Shown here: positions 28,933 to 38,230 of the stretch, in pieces
How the letters are laid out: each line of letters begins with the position of its first letter
How positions within the stretch are numbered: the first letter of the stretch is position 1
IMG/VR virus record: IMGVR_UViG_3300045988_044066
Length of the DNA: 64,000 bases
Source: a virus
Direction: 5' to 3' (one strand)
Made by a program: the position numbers and the translations under genes
The notes under the pieces: model-generated
Databases searched by the model: none
What the model was told of the DNA's origin: nothing
What the model saw: only the letters and a program-made list of their open reading frames with translations

Positions 28933-29799
28933 TTATAAAGGTTTAATATTGTCGAATATATTGTCTTCGGCTTCTACTCCCCATTTAGAGTGAATCATTA
29001 CCCCTATTGGAGTTACTTGAAACACAAATGGGTCATTATTGATAGGAATAAGCTTCCTTTCCGGAACTGTAAACTGCATCGTTTCATTCATTTCTTCAAT
29101 AGGAGCGGCAATGAATAAGTCAGCACTGCTACATTCTTTTGAATCAGCAATGTTCACATCATGTGCCTTGGCTTTATTAAGGATATGAAAGAATGGATAT
29201 GCATTCATTCTAGCCTTATTTCTACTCAAATACATAAGTCCAATATGGGAAGGTTCCTGCCTAATGAAGTACCTTCCAACCGGATAGGACATGCTATCAA
29301 TAGGCATAGGGTGAGTAGCAACTTGCATACCAGTAACATACCGTAAAGGTGAACCGTTTCCGCTATAGTTAACATACTCATTTGCTTCAAGTGCTTGAGC
29401 AGTGGCCATTACCTTAGAGATTTCATCAATGTTCTCGTCAGGCACAGAACCTTTATAAGCTGATAGTCTTCCAACAACTAATCCATACTTAACATTCAGA
29501 TTAATGAAATCCTCCTCCTTAAGTATCAATGAGCCAGGGAAATGTCTTTGCAAAAAGCTATAACATTTTAAGACTTTAAGGTCCTCTTCCGAAGTGATAG
29601 CATCACCTACTTCTTTAGAATTAGTAAATCCTAAAGCTTTCAGTTTGACAGCCTTATCAACTAGTTGATGATTCGGATTCAGACCCTTAATAGTCTTCAT
29701 GTACTCTACAGCCATTAGAGTATAAGCTAATTGCACTTCTTGGGCTGTGAATCTCTTTGTGCCTACAGACGTATCTGTAGAAGGACTAAAATTGTTCAT
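28933..29799 (-). CDS. paralogous family protein B (unknown function)
   Basis: ALGFTNSKEVG, LFIAAPIEEMN and DPFVFQVTPIGVMIHSKWGVEAEDNIFD align with paralogues A and C. Confidence 0.5.
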   Translation of the reverse strand: MNNFSPSTDTSVGTKRFTAQEVQLAYTLMAVEYMKTIKGLNPNHQLVDKAVKLKALGFTNSKEVGDAITSEEDLKVLKCYSFLQRHFPGSLILKEEDFINLNVKYGLVVGRLSAYKGSVPDENIDEISKVMATAQALEANEYVNYSGNGSPLRYVTGMQVATHPMPIDSMSYPVGRYFIRQEPSHIGLMYLSRNKARMNAYPFFHILNKAKAHDVNIADSKECSSADLFIAAPIEEMNETMQFTVPERKLIPINNDPFVFQVTPIGVMIHSKWGVEAEDNIFDNIKPL

Positions 29800-29919
29800 A
29801 ATTACTTTTGTTTAACTGAACCTGGTCTGGTAGTAGCTCTCTTAAATGAATCAGATTGCTTATCCCACCAAGCCTGTCGGTCTTTAAGACGTTGTACTTT
29901 CTTCTTGTATTTCATAGGT

Positions 29920-30393
29920 TTATCCTATTTCGTTACTAGCATTATAAGCAAGCTTGTCGGCTTCCTTATTATGTTCATCACTTGCGTGACCTTTACACCA
30001 CTCAACAGACACTACTTTATGCCTGTTCACAGCCTTATCAAGACGTTCCCACAAATCAGTATTGGCTTTCCTCTTCCACCCTTTAGTAAGAGTTCCTACA
30101 ATATACATAGAATCTGTTACTATTGTAATTTCAGAAGGTTCCTTTATGGATTCCAGGGCAACTATGACAGCCATTTGCTCCATTCGCTGATTGGTGCTGT
30201 TCTTATACATCTTACTGTATTGGAATATCTTCTTGTCATCCTCTAAAATGACAAAGCCTATTCCCCCTTGATTTCTCGCAGGAGAATAGGCACCATCACA
30301 GTATATTCTGTACTTATGCGTCGGCATTAGGATTCTCAACAAAATCCTCATCATCCTCATCTTCTTCGGTTTCGGATATGACATCTTCATCAA
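29920..30393 (-). CDS. Ribonuclease H (RNase HI-like); true start probably at an internal Met
   Basis: IYCDGAY...GGIGFVI, IVTDSMYIVG and WCKGHASDEHNKEADKLA motifs. Confidence 0.65.
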   Translation of the reverse strand: MMKMSYPKPKKMRMMRILLRILMPTHKYRIYCDGAYSPARNQGGIGFVILEDDKKIFQYSKMYKNSTNQRMEQMAVIVALESIKEPSEITIVTDSMYIVGTLTKGWKRKANTDLWERLDKAVNRHKVVSVEWCKGHASDEHNKEADKLAYNASNEIG

Positions 30394-30844
30394 TAAGATG
30401 CTTAACCCACATACCTAAGATAAAGATGACATAGAATTTGTCTTCCTCCTGTTTGTAGTTAACCTTGTCAGAGACTTCATTAACTACATCTAACATTGTG
30501 AACTCCTCTTTAGCCATAGCATCGTCAGCTATAGCAGACATTTCTTCTACATAAGGTCTAGCCTTCTGCATCGCTTCGTCAAAACTCTTTACTAAGGCTA
30601 TGCCTTCATCACCTCTAATTTGCATAGCAACAGATAGAGGTTGTTGCAATTCATTTCTAAAGAAGCCCAAATAGAAAGCCTTCTCTACATCTCCGTTTAC
30701 GAAGTCATTGAAAGATTTAGCTTTCATTACTTCCTCCACTTTGAAATCAATTTCTGATACGTCTCTGATTTTATCCATAATGTTATGATAGCAACCCACC
30801 AATCTTCTCGGCCATGGCTGTTGCTTTGTTAGAAACTGCTTCAA
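30314..30844 (-). CDS. hypothetical protein with acidic C-terminus (real start probably MDKIRD, ~30778)
   Basis: 176-aa ORF. Its N-terminal part reads like a non-coding extension. Confidence 0.4.
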   Translation of the reverse strand: MKQFLTKQQPWPRRLVGCYHNIMDKIRDVSEIDFKVEEVMKAKSFNDFVNGDVEKAFYLGFFRNELQQPLSVAMQIRGDEGIALVKSFDEAMQKARPYVEEMSAIADDAMAKEEFTMLDVVNEVSDKVNYKQEEDKFYVIFILGMWVKHLIDEDVISETEEDEDDEDFVENPNADA

Positions 30845-31034
30845 GGTTTGCAGCTTCAGTTTGTAATTCGATAATCTCTTGTTCTCTAACCTCTTTCTCT
30901 GCTTGAGCTCTAGATGCTACCTCTTTAAGATTGGTAACAGCTTTCTCAAATACATCAATAATCTTAGCTGATTCCTCGGCTAGTGAGGTACTTGTTACTT
31001 TAGCCGGTTCGGCTGATTGTTTCTTTCCAAACAT
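30783..31034 (-). CDS. hypothetical coiled-coil protein
   Basis: 83-aa ORF. Confidence 0.35.
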   Translation of the reverse strand: MFGKKQSAEPAKVTSTSLAEESAKIIDVFEKAVTNLKEVASRAQAEKEVREQEIIELQTEAANLEAVSNKATAMAEKIGGLLS

Positions 31035-31068
31035 CTTATAGGATTAGAATTACAGGGTTCAGGGTGAG

Positions 31069-31151
31069 CGGCTGTCGGGAATCGAACCCAATCTATCACT
31101 TGTGCGCATACTAAAATTAGTGATGTGCCCTCCTTTACACTACAACCGCAT
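31069..31151 (-). pseudogene. tRNA-like element with aberrant anticodon region (possible pseudo-tRNA or insertion-bearing tRNA)
   Basis: Acceptor GCGGTTG/CAGCCGC, D-arm GTGT..GCAC and T-arm TTGGG-TTCGATT-CCCGA all fold well. The anticodon stem ATCACT/AGTGAT encloses an 18-nt loop. Confidence 0.3.
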
Positions 31152-31416
31152 GGAGCAGTGGTTAGAATACTAATAGTCAAACACTGATAGTCATTCCTAA
31201 AGAGGTGTTCTGCAACCACCCCACAGTCAGCGCTAAACTGCACGTCTTATTACATACGCTCAACTCTGCTTTAGTTGTCATCGCTGGACTTTATTTAACC
31301 CAGGTTCCAGCCTGGTCTATACTCGTTTCCTTTTAAGCTTACCACACTTGGAACATACTAGTAAGTATCTGTTACAATCAGTATAGCTAGTTTTTGCTAT
31401 TATAGTCCATTCATGC

Positions 31417-32610
31417 CTACATGCTAGTTTCTCTAGCCATTTCTTGAATAGTTCTTTCATAATCAATTCGTTTTACTAATGGATATAGTTGCCCATAGCC
31501 GTGATTAACTGTTATACACCTAGATGTTATAGACAGACGATAGTGAGCATTGTTAATTTCGTTAGTAAGATACTCCATAGTTACAGGAGTTACTCCGTCA
31601 CTAAATGTAACAGTTATGCCCGCTTCTATATCTTCTACACTCTTAGTAAGAGCATCTAAGCTACTTTGAATTTCTGCATATCTAGGATTAGGAATCTGCT
31701 CCGTCTCTAAATGCATAAAATGCTTAGATGTTTCACCTATATAACCTCCTTTGCTACATGGAATCGGAAGATAAACCCAGTTGTTATCAAACTTAACAGC
31801 TTGTTCATAAGCATGAGTTCCAGGTCTAAAGAGTTGCTGGTACGTATCGACTTTAACTACTTCTCTAGTCCCAGGAAGTCTGCCTTGCTTGCCGTCTAAC
31901 CACCACCTTATATAGTCACGAGCATCACGCACATGATATACTGGCAACTCAACTGGAGTACCATTAACCATACACCAATAATGACCTAGCAACCTCGGTC
32001 TATAAAAGTCAGAGTCTGTTCCATTGGAGTCAGGATTAGAATTGGCAAATTCATAACAGTAATCATAATAGTCTGCTGCTTTATGAGGTTTAGCAATCTT
32101 ACCAAACTTGGGCAAAGCATGATTCCTGTTCTCCTTCCATTGCTTAGTACTAATGTTGTATCGACGACCTCTAGGAGTCTGCTCAACAGATTGTACTAAT
32201 CCATTATCATCAACTCTAAAGAACGCCTGTCTCCACCTATAATCAGTGAAGTAGTCGTCTAGGTATTCAGTTTTGTCAGTATTCTTAATTGGCTTAATCC
32301 ACTCATTCCAGGCTTTGGCTAGCTCTTTATAAGGCTTACCTACATACTTGGCTATGAATTTCACAATCCTAGATTCTTTAACGTATCCATAACCGTGGTC
32401 CCAAGCTATATGACAACTTTTGTCTAATACCTTTCTACCATATCCTCTCTGCGCTGCCACTTCTTTAGATACTCTCAAATTGAAATCAGCATCAAAATCA
32501 GCTAGCGTCACTTTAGTAAGGTGTCTAGGATAGTAGCTTGGATTACGAGTATGCTTGCTTTTACGTTTATACTCTTTCCTATGACCAAGTTTAAGTCTTC
32601 GTTCACTCAT
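31417..32610 (-). CDS. hypothetical protein
   Basis: 397-aa ORF. Confidence 0.5.
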   Translation of the reverse strand: MSERRLKLGHRKEYKRKSKHTRNPSYYPRHLTKVTLADFDADFNLRVSKEVAAQRGYGRKVLDKSCHIAWDHGYGYVKESRIVKFIAKYVGKPYKELAKAWNEWIKPIKNTDKTEYLDDYFTDYRWRQAFFRVDDNGLVQSVEQTPRGRRYNISTKQWKENRNHALPKFGKIAKPHKAADYYDYCYEFANSNPDSNGTDSDFYRPRLLGHYWCMVNGTPVELPVYHVRDARDYIRWWLDGKQGRLPGTREVVKVDTYQQLFRPGTHAYEQAVKFDNNWVYLPIPCSKGGYIGETSKHFMHLETEQIPNPRYAEIQSSLDALTKSVEDIEAGITVTFSDGVTPVTMEYLTNEINNAHYRLSITSRCITVNHGYGQLYPLVKRIDYERTIQEMARETSM

Positions 32611-32611
32611 G

Positions 32612-32896
32612 TTATAGTATTTTAGTTACTTTACCAAATACGGATTTGGTCCACCCATTAATCTTACCATGATTGTTGCCTATAAGAACTCCTCTATCTC
32701 CCTTAGCTTTGACTAAGTGAGTATAGTATCTACCTTTAACTTTGCAGAATACTATATCACCTACCTCTACATCGCTAAGATTTATAGGACTCAAGACATG
32801 CTCTTGGCCAGATTTGATTAGAGGAGTCATAGAGTTTCCCTTCTCTGAGGTTCTGAAGGATTTTCCTTCGGTCAATAGTCTCTCCTTGTAATGCAT
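32612..32896 (-). CDS. S24 (LexA/UmuD/signal-peptidase-like) peptidase-fold protein
   Basis: GNSMTPLIKSGQ...VGDIVFCKV resembles the S24 motif GxSMxPxI..GD.V. Confidence 0.35.
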   Translation of the reverse strand: MHYKERLLTEGKSFRTSEKGNSMTPLIKSGQEHVLSPINLSDVEVGDIVFCKVKGRYYTHLVKAKGDRGVLIGNNHGKINGWTKSVFGKVTKIL

Positions 32897-33266
32897 CGGC
32901 TTTAGACATTAAATATACAAAGTTTAATCTCTCTTCCATGGTAGAGCCATTACTTATCCTTTCAAACAAGGTTAACTCTTGCCCATTCTTGTAGTTATAG
33001 TAAGATATCAACTCATTATATCTGACAGTTTTACTATTCAACGAAGCTATAGTCATTGGATATCTTCTTAGCACTACTCCCCTATATAAATCAACAAGTT
33101 CACCCAATGAGTTGGCAATCTTTAATAACCTAACTACATTGGGTGAACCGTGTTTCTTATACCTAATAGCATAATTCTCCAGAGCAGCATCCCAATCATG
33201 GAACACGTGTTGAGCTTGAGTTAAATCAATCTCAACTATTTTACGCAGGAACTCTTCTATAGTCAT
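32775..33266 (-). CDS. hypothetical protein
   Basis: 163-aa ORF. Confidence 0.45.
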   Translation of the reverse strand: MTIEEFLRKIVEIDLTQAQHVFHDWDAALENYAIRYKKHGSPNVVRLLKIANSLGELVDLYRGVVLRRYPMTIASLNSKTVRYNELISYYNYKNGQELTLFERISNGSTMEERLNFVYLMSKADALQGETIDRRKILQNLREGKLYDSSNQIWPRACLESYKS

Positions 33267-33267
33267 A

Positions 33268-33444
33268 TTAATTAGATATTGTAGGTGATGTTAACTTGTC
33301 AATTAGATTCTTCATTGCTTCTTCACCAGCAGCAAAACCTTCAGAATATCCAATATTATATGCTTTCTCCACTGTATCAGTAACAGCAGTCATAATTTCA
33401 TTTCCTGCAAACTGTTCTTTTAGCTGTTCTAATAGTTCTTTCAT
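33268..33444 (-). CDS. small hypothetical protein (58 aa), below the ORF-track cutoff
   Basis: Hand translation: MKELLEQLKEQFAGNEIMTAVTDTVEKAYNIGYSEGFAAGEEAMKNLIDKLTSPTISN. Confidence 0.25.
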   Translation of the reverse strand: MKELLEQLKEQFAGNEIMTAVTDTVEKAYNIGYSEGFAAGEEAMKNLIDKLTSPTISN

Positions 33445-33469
33445 AAATCCTCCTTCCTTTAATTATTAG

Positions 33470-33555
33470 TAGCTTGAGTGGGATTCGAACCCACACGTCC
33501 ATTTCTGGACACCAGAGCTTAAATCTGGGGCGTCTACCAATTTCGCCATCAAGCC
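33470..33555 (-). tRNA. tRNA-Leu(TAA), class II
   Basis: Acceptor GGCTTGA/TCAAGCT. Anticodon arm CCAGA-TTTAAGC-TCTGG. Long variable arm GTCCAGAAATGGAC. T-arm GTGGG-TTCGAAT-CCCAC. Confidence 0.7.
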
Positions 33556-33561
33556 ATACCC

Positions 33562-33738
33562 TTATACTGACATCATGACCTTGATTGTAACTACAATTAT
33601 CATTCCTATAGTACTTATAGCAGCTATACTTAAGAATATCTTAACCCATTTAAAGTCACAATCCCATATAGTTAGTAACATAGCTATTAATGCAGCCACA
33701 AATGCAATGACTACAGTAATCATTAATGCTGTTTCCAT
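33562..33738 (-). CDS. small hydrophobic membrane protein (58 aa), below the ORF-track cutoff
   Basis: Hand translation: METALMITVVIAFVAALIAMLLTIWDCDFKWVKIFLSIAAISTIGMIIVVTIKVMMSV. Confidence 0.25.
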   Translation of the reverse strand: METALMITVVIAFVAALIAMLLTIWDCDFKWVKIFLSIAAISTIGMIIVVTIKVMMSV

Positions 33739-33789
33739 ATCAATCTCTTACTAAGTCTATCCAATTAATTAGGATATGATACAACCACC

Positions 33790-34185
33790 TCATAATACGT
33801 AATCGCAATAAGTGTCAACAAAATCCTTAGCTTCTTTTAAACCACATTTAGCAGATTCTTTTACATGCTTAACTGCTTGCAGTTTGGAACCAGTCTGTAC
33901 AAACTGTTTCATCTTAAAGAAGTCTTCACATGACAAATCAATTGTATTATTCCAACGCTTCCTGTATGCAAGCATTGCATCACTATACTCTTGAGGATGT
34001 TCTGTCCAGGTAATTTGTTGGTCTAATATAACTGTACAAGTTCCATCAAGTATATCATATTCTCTAGATTCTACGGTGAATTTACCAGCTTCTAACACTA
34101 CTATATCAGTAGGAAATGGAATCATCTCTGATGAGATTGATACTTCCTCTATTGTCTTATCATCTTTTACAAATTTTACAAACAT
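33790..34185 (-). CDS. hypothetical protein (C-terminal CGLKEAKDFV resembles the ribosomal L7/L12 C-terminal motif)
   Basis: 131-aa ORF. Confidence 0.45.
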   Translation of the reverse strand: MFVKFVKDDKTIEEVSISSEMIPFPTDIVVLEAGKFTVESREYDILDGTCTVILDQQITWTEHPQEYSDAMLAYRKRWNNTIDLSCEDFFKMKQFVQTGSKLQAVKHVKESAKCGLKEAKDFVDTYCDYVL

Positions 34186-34210
34186 AATCTTTAAGTATTA
34201 ACTAATAATG

Positions 34211-34284
34211 TGGCGAGAAGGTGACTCGAACACCCAACCTTGATATTATGAGTATCACGCTCTAGCCAGTTGAGCTATCTCGCC
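34211..34284 (-). tRNA. tRNA with CAT anticodon (Met or Ile2/lysidine type)
   Basis: Acceptor GGCGAGA/TCTCGCC. Anticodon arm TGATA-CTCATAA-TATCA. T-arm GGGTG-TTCGAGT-CACCT. Confidence 0.7.
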
Positions 34285-34426
34285 ATTAATAATCCGCCTG
34301 GTAGGGCTGCGAGCTGCCTTACCAATTATTGACGTCAGCTAATCTATGGAATAGCACGTCTGCTAAACTGAAATAGCCCTATAGTCATTTCTACACCTGC
34401 TCACATTTAAGTGGTGGATTACATGT

Positions 34427-35278
34427 TTATCGGTATTTATCGAACATGCTGTCTGATGCTTCTTCTCCCCACATAGACACGATAACAATACCTACTTTGG
34501 TAGCCCTAAATACTATTGGGTCTTCTAACCTTCTTTTACGGTCTTCTTCAGCTTTAGAGAAGATTTCTATGCGAATATTATTCTCCATAGTGTCATAGGG
34601 TGCTGCAATTAGCCAAGCACTATGGTCTAGATATGAGGTGCCAAGATGTAGGTAATCTTCCTCCTTATAACTTCCACCTATAGACCTCATGTACTGATAA
34701 CCACGGTCAATACCTTTGAATACAAATGGGAATCTAGAGAAATACTCAACAAGCCGTTTGGTCATGTCCTTAGACATTCTTGAATCTATTCTCGCAGCTT
34801 CAACCCAACTGACGTAGTTAAGATTTAAAGAGTTCAAAGCGTTAGAAGCCTTTGCTATTTGTGACACATTCTCACTTGGAATGAATCCGCTGAAGGTCGA
34901 TATTGGACCACAATACAAATTGTACTTCTTCAGGATTGCAAAGAAATCCTCGTAAGTTACAACCAGTGCATCAGGATACGATTCTTTAATCCAGGATGTT
35001 ATTTCGTTAACCTTCTTCAGGTCTAATTTCTCTGGACCTAAAGCTGACTTATACTTCTTAGACTCGAGAATAGTCCTAAGGGTATCTGCATTCTTAGTTC
35101 CACCCAGACCTGCTGCTTCCAACTTATCAAGCTCCTCTTTGATTTGCTCGGAATTGTCAAAGTCTTGATTGCCTTCTACGTACTTCTTATAGTACTCCAT
35201 AGATGCTGTTACTAAGGCTAAACGTAACGCATCTGCACTCAATTTCTCCATACTATGATAAATGTTCTTTAATATCAA
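34427..35278 (-). CDS. paralogous family protein C (unknown function)
   Basis: AGLGGTKNADTLR, WLIAAPYDTMEN and DPIVFRATKVGIVIVSMWGEEASDSMFD align with paralogues A and B. Confidence 0.5.
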   Translation of the reverse strand: MILKNIYHSMEKLSADALRLALVTASMEYYKKYVEGNQDFDNSEQIKEELDKLEAAGLGGTKNADTLRTILESKKYKSALGPEKLDLKKVNEITSWIKESYPDALVVTYEDFFAILKKYNLYCGPISTFSGFIPSENVSQIAKASNALNSLNLNYVSWVEAARIDSRMSKDMTKRLVEYFSRFPFVFKGIDRGYQYMRSIGGSYKEEDYLHLGTSYLDHSAWLIAAPYDTMENNIRIEIFSKAEEDRKRRLEDPIVFRATKVGIVIVSMWGEEASDSMFDKYR

Positions 35279-35711
35279 TCATGTATTTTATACCTTCAAT
35301 TATCACACATGCTAGCCCGCCAACGAGCATAATGAAGTATAATGCAACAATTAGTGGTTCCCAACCAGTCCCATAATCACTTCTATTAAGATTAAAGCTA
35401 AGCCTATTAGGCTTGTTATTAATAAAAGCTCTATCATAGGTTGGTTTGTCTACACGTAGTTTAAACTGATTGTCTCTACCGTCAGCTATTAGTGTAAGCT
35501 CATATACAGTATGCATCTGTTGATTAACTGTTTCGGTATAACAGTCCTTAGCAACTACTGTAGTCCACACAGGTTTGTCAATACAGGTTTCTTTAACTAA
35601 GTTAGATTTACATCCTCCTAGTCCTACTAAGCACACCACCAGCCATATTACTATCAAAGTTGCATGTCTGAAAGTGTTAGTTGGCGGTCTCATATCAACA
35701 ATTGTTGGCAT
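35253..35711 (-). CDS. lipoprotein-like protein with C-terminal TM helix (u-spanin-like topology)
   Basis: LVGLGGC lipobox after an N-terminal hydrophobic segment. C-terminal TM WEPLIVALYFIMLVGGLACVII. Confidence 0.4.
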   Translation of the reverse strand: MPTIVDMRPPTNTFRHATLIVIWLVVCLVGLGGCKSNLVKETCIDKPVWTTVVAKDCYTETVNQQMHTVYELTLIADGRDNQFKLRVDKPTYDRAFINNKPNRLSFNLNRSDYGTGWEPLIVALYFIMLVGGLACVIIEGIKYMIDIKEHLS

Positions 35712-35890
35712 CCTCTGTCAGTAATTTAGTTGCTTTATCCATTCCTAACTCGTAAGCTTCAGCAATTAATACTGCTGCGCTTGCTATTGAAAGCTTACCA
35801 CCGTTGTCCTCTGCTACGTTAGCTGCATTTTCAAGCAGCTCACTTAAAGTTTCTACCATAATTAAATACATTTAATAGTTAATAATCTAG

Positions 35891-35972
35891 TAGGGTAGGT
35901 GAGACTCGAACTCACACGCCCGAAGGCACTTGGGCCTAAACCAAGCCTGTCTGCCAATTCCAGCACTACCCC
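35891..35972 (-). tRNA. tRNA-Leu(TAG), class II
   Basis: Acceptor GGGGTAG/CTACCCT. Anticodon arm CTTGG-TTTAGGC-CCAAG. Long variable arm. T-arm GTGAG-TTCGAGT-CTCAC. Confidence 0.65.
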
Positions 35973-35976
35973 ATTG

Positions 35977-36195
35977 TTACTTCATCAAATTGATAAATTC
36001 ATCTTCATGTCCTCTATAGTATCGCTGAAGATATGCAATATACACGGCTTCGTCCTTAACTATTTGAGGGAATTTGGATTCAAATTGTTCTACTTTCTCT
36101 TCTCCTACTATACTTACATGAAAGTCTCTAGGTGTGTTATCCACCTTAGTTGCAGACATTAATAAGACTAATAGGAGTATCAATAAATGTTTCAT
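35977..36195 (-). CDS. small secreted protein (signal peptide)
   Basis: MKHLLILLLVLLMSATKV... Confidence 0.4.
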   Translation of the reverse strand: MKHLLILLLVLLMSATKVDNTPRDFHVSIVGEEKVEQFESKFPQIVKDEAVYIAYLQRYYRGHEDEFINLMK

Positions 36196-36206
36196 TTAGT
36201 TGTTAA

Positions 36207-36230
36207 TAAAAGGAGAGCGAGATTGCTCTC
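36207..36230 (-). terminator. Putative intrinsic terminator after the AAA+ ATPase gene
   Basis: Minus-strand RNA GAGAGC-AAUCUC-GCUCUC followed by CUUUUAUU. Confidence 0.35.
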
Positions 36231-36242
36231 GCCCTCCAAGGT

Positions 36243-37700
36243 TTATTTGTTGTCTTTCTTCTCCGTAGAATAGTCCTTACGGTCGAGTTCCCACTGATAC
36301 TCACACATCTGAGTGATTGCTTCAAGCTTCTCTGTACCCAGAACGAGTTTGAGAGCATTTACCAATCTTTCAGCCGGAGTTTCCACAACAGCTTTCTTGG
36401 ATGCAAGTCCAAGTTGACGTTGATAAGATTCAACGCTAGCTTTGATATGGAACGATGTTACATGGGTTTCTTCCGTAAAGATAAGTTTGGATTTGGTTGA
36501 TTCAACGATTTCAGCCATAAATGCCGGAGCAATTTCAGCTTCTTGAATGTAGTTACATACTTCACTCAAATCATCGTCGATTGTATATCCTTCTTCAGCG
36601 GTGAAGGTAGAACGGATGAATTTCTCCGCAGTTTCAGCGTCCAGACAGTCCATGGTAATCACAGAGCCGATTCTCTTACCTCTTAAGAAGGTAGGTTCAA
36701 TCAATTCAATGTGATTAGTAGTGAACAAGGTGATTACGTTCATGTCTTTGGTATCACCACCGTCCAGAGTATTCAGGATGTCCTGCATAGCAGCATCTCT
36801 GTTACCTCTAGTTACTTGGTCAATATCTTCAACAAATACGACAACACCATGGCCCGAACGGTCAACAACTTTACACATGCGTAGAGTTTCTGCAAGAAGA
36901 GAAGGATTCTTCAAATACACGAATGACCAGCCGTTTGTTACAGCATCTTTAGCCAGCTTAAATGCCAGCAAGGTCTTACCTGTACCATATTTACCTTCCA
37001 GCAAACAACCATACTTCAATGGAATACCTTTAGCCAGACATTTCTCTGGATACAAGATTCTTGAGCGTAGCGGTTGCAATTCAAATTCAGTCTTCTTAGA
37101 AAGAACCATGAATTGTTTCTCAATGCCGGCAAGTGTCATGATAGTAGGTTCAGACAGATTGCTGATTTCCAAAGCCTGGTTTTTGTAGATAGATTCTGAT
37201 GCTAATAGCTCTTTAGTTCTGTCAACAATGTCATCAATTAATGACTGGTATTTGAACTGGCATTGTCCTTTAATAAGGAGCAAATGACGGTCATTGTCAT
37301 AGTTGATGTTGATTTCAGAATCTTCTCCCAATTCTTCAAGGCTAATTTTACCAAACGGAACTTTGGTACGAGAACCGTCTGCCAGAACAACGTCTACGGT
37401 ATCAATGTTGCTGTTTCCAGAAGGACTGTTATCCTCCTTACTAACGGCAGAACCGAAGATTTCATTGATTGCTCTGTTCAACTGATATACACCGTCTGGT
37501 TTCCAACAAAGCAGCGAGTATTTGAAACTTGCCATTTTCTTGGACTGTTTGATTTCACCTTCGATGAATCCCAGAGCATCAGCATACTTCACATTGCTTT
37601 GGAGCACTTCAATCATTCTCTGTTTCTGAGTTTCCTCGTACTTGTTAACTCTCTGCTTAATAGCAGCTGTAGTTCCTTGCGGAATAATGTTCTTTGCCAT
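36243..37700 (-). CDS. AAA+ ATPase (classic AAA domain, FtsH/CDC48-like) with unknown N-terminal domain
   Basis: Walker A GKYGTGKT, Walker B VVVFVEDID, sensor 1 TTNH, arginine finger RGKR. Confidence 0.6.
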   Translation of the reverse strand: MAKNIIPQGTTAAIKQRVNKYEETQKQRMIEVLQSNVKYADALGFIEGEIKQSKKMASFKYSLLCWKPDGVYQLNRAINEIFGSAVSKEDNSPSGNSNIDTVDVVLADGSRTKVPFGKISLEELGEDSEININYDNDRHLLLIKGQCQFKYQSLIDDIVDRTKELLASESIYKNQALEISNLSEPTIMTLAGIEKQFMVLSKKTEFELQPLRSRILYPEKCLAKGIPLKYGCLLEGKYGTGKTLLAFKLAKDAVTNGWSFVYLKNPSLLAETLRMCKVVDRSGHGVVVFVEDIDQVTRGNRDAAMQDILNTLDGGDTKDMNVITLFTTNHIELIEPTFLRGKRIGSVITMDCLDAETAEKFIRSTFTAEEGYTIDDDLSEVCNYIQEAEIAPAFMAEIVESTKSKLIFTEETHVTSFHIKASVESYQRQLGLASKKAVVETPAERLVNALKLVLGTEKLEAITQMCEYQWELDRKDYSTEKKDNK

Positions 37701-37703
37701 TAC

Positions 37704-37976
37704 TTAATTAGGTTTATTAATCTTATTTACTTCTTTAATGATTGCCTCACAATTCTCTCTTGTTGTAGTTAAACAACCAAGTTGAATAATAGAACCGTCT
37801 TGAGTGATAGTCAGGTTCTTCTCTTCGATTGTTTCCCTACACAAACCTCCTCTGATAATTCTTTTAATGAGTGGAAAGGGTAATATAGTATTCTTACAGA
37901 ATATCATATTCTTGCCTTCCACATAAATGACATCGTAGCCGTCAATGCTACCTACTACCTTACTCATTCGATTCAA
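37704..37976 (-). CDS. hypothetical protein
   Basis: 90-aa ORF. Confidence 0.4.
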   Translation of the reverse strand: MNRMSKVVGSIDGYDVIYVEGKNMIFCKNTILPFPLIKRIIRGGLCRETIEEKNLTITQDGSIIQLGCLTTTRENCEAIIKEVNKINKPN

Positions 37977-37988
37977 CTATTAACTGTG

Positions 37989-38062
37989 TGGGCCCGGCCG
38001 GACTTGAACCGACAACCTCCTGATTATGAGTCAGTTTCTCTAACCGATTGAGATACGGGCCC
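37989..38062 (-). tRNA. tRNA with CAT anticodon (second copy; Met/Ile2 type)
   Basis: Acceptor GGGCCCG/CGGGCCC. Loop CTCATAA. T-arm GTCGG-TTCAAGT-CCGGC. Confidence 0.65.
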
Positions 38063-38158
38063 CGAACGCCCATGTTTACTCACAATTAACAGTTCTCAAA
38101 GAGTAGTGTTGTTAGTGACTTCATGATAAATTCTATTTTAAACTGAAATAATTAGTAG

Positions 38159-38230
38159 TTGGGCTACCAGGATTCGAACCTGGGCTACAAGAGCCAAAAC
38201 CTTGTGTGACTACCACTACACCATAGCCCA
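38159..38230 (-). tRNA. tRNA-Gln(TTG)
   Basis: Acceptor TGGGCTA/TAGCCCA. Anticodon arm CAAGG-TTTTGGC-TCTTG. T-arm CCAGG-TTCGAAT-CCTGG. Confidence 0.65.

Noticed and set aside
29731-30246. Plus-strand 171-aa ORF overlapping the RNase H gene
   Set aside because: It is antisense to a gene with clear RNase HI motifs. All convincing genes here are on the minus strand.
30995-31243. 82-aa minus ORF across the tRNA-like element
   Set aside because: It overlaps a structured tRNA-like RNA and a non-coding stretch, and it is Cys/Pro-rich junk.
31150-31330. Possible additional tRNA (D-loop-like AGCAGTGGTTAGAATAC; T-arm-like ccagg-ttccagc-cctgg)
   Set aside because: No complementary acceptor stems could be found on either strand, and no full cloverleaf can be built.
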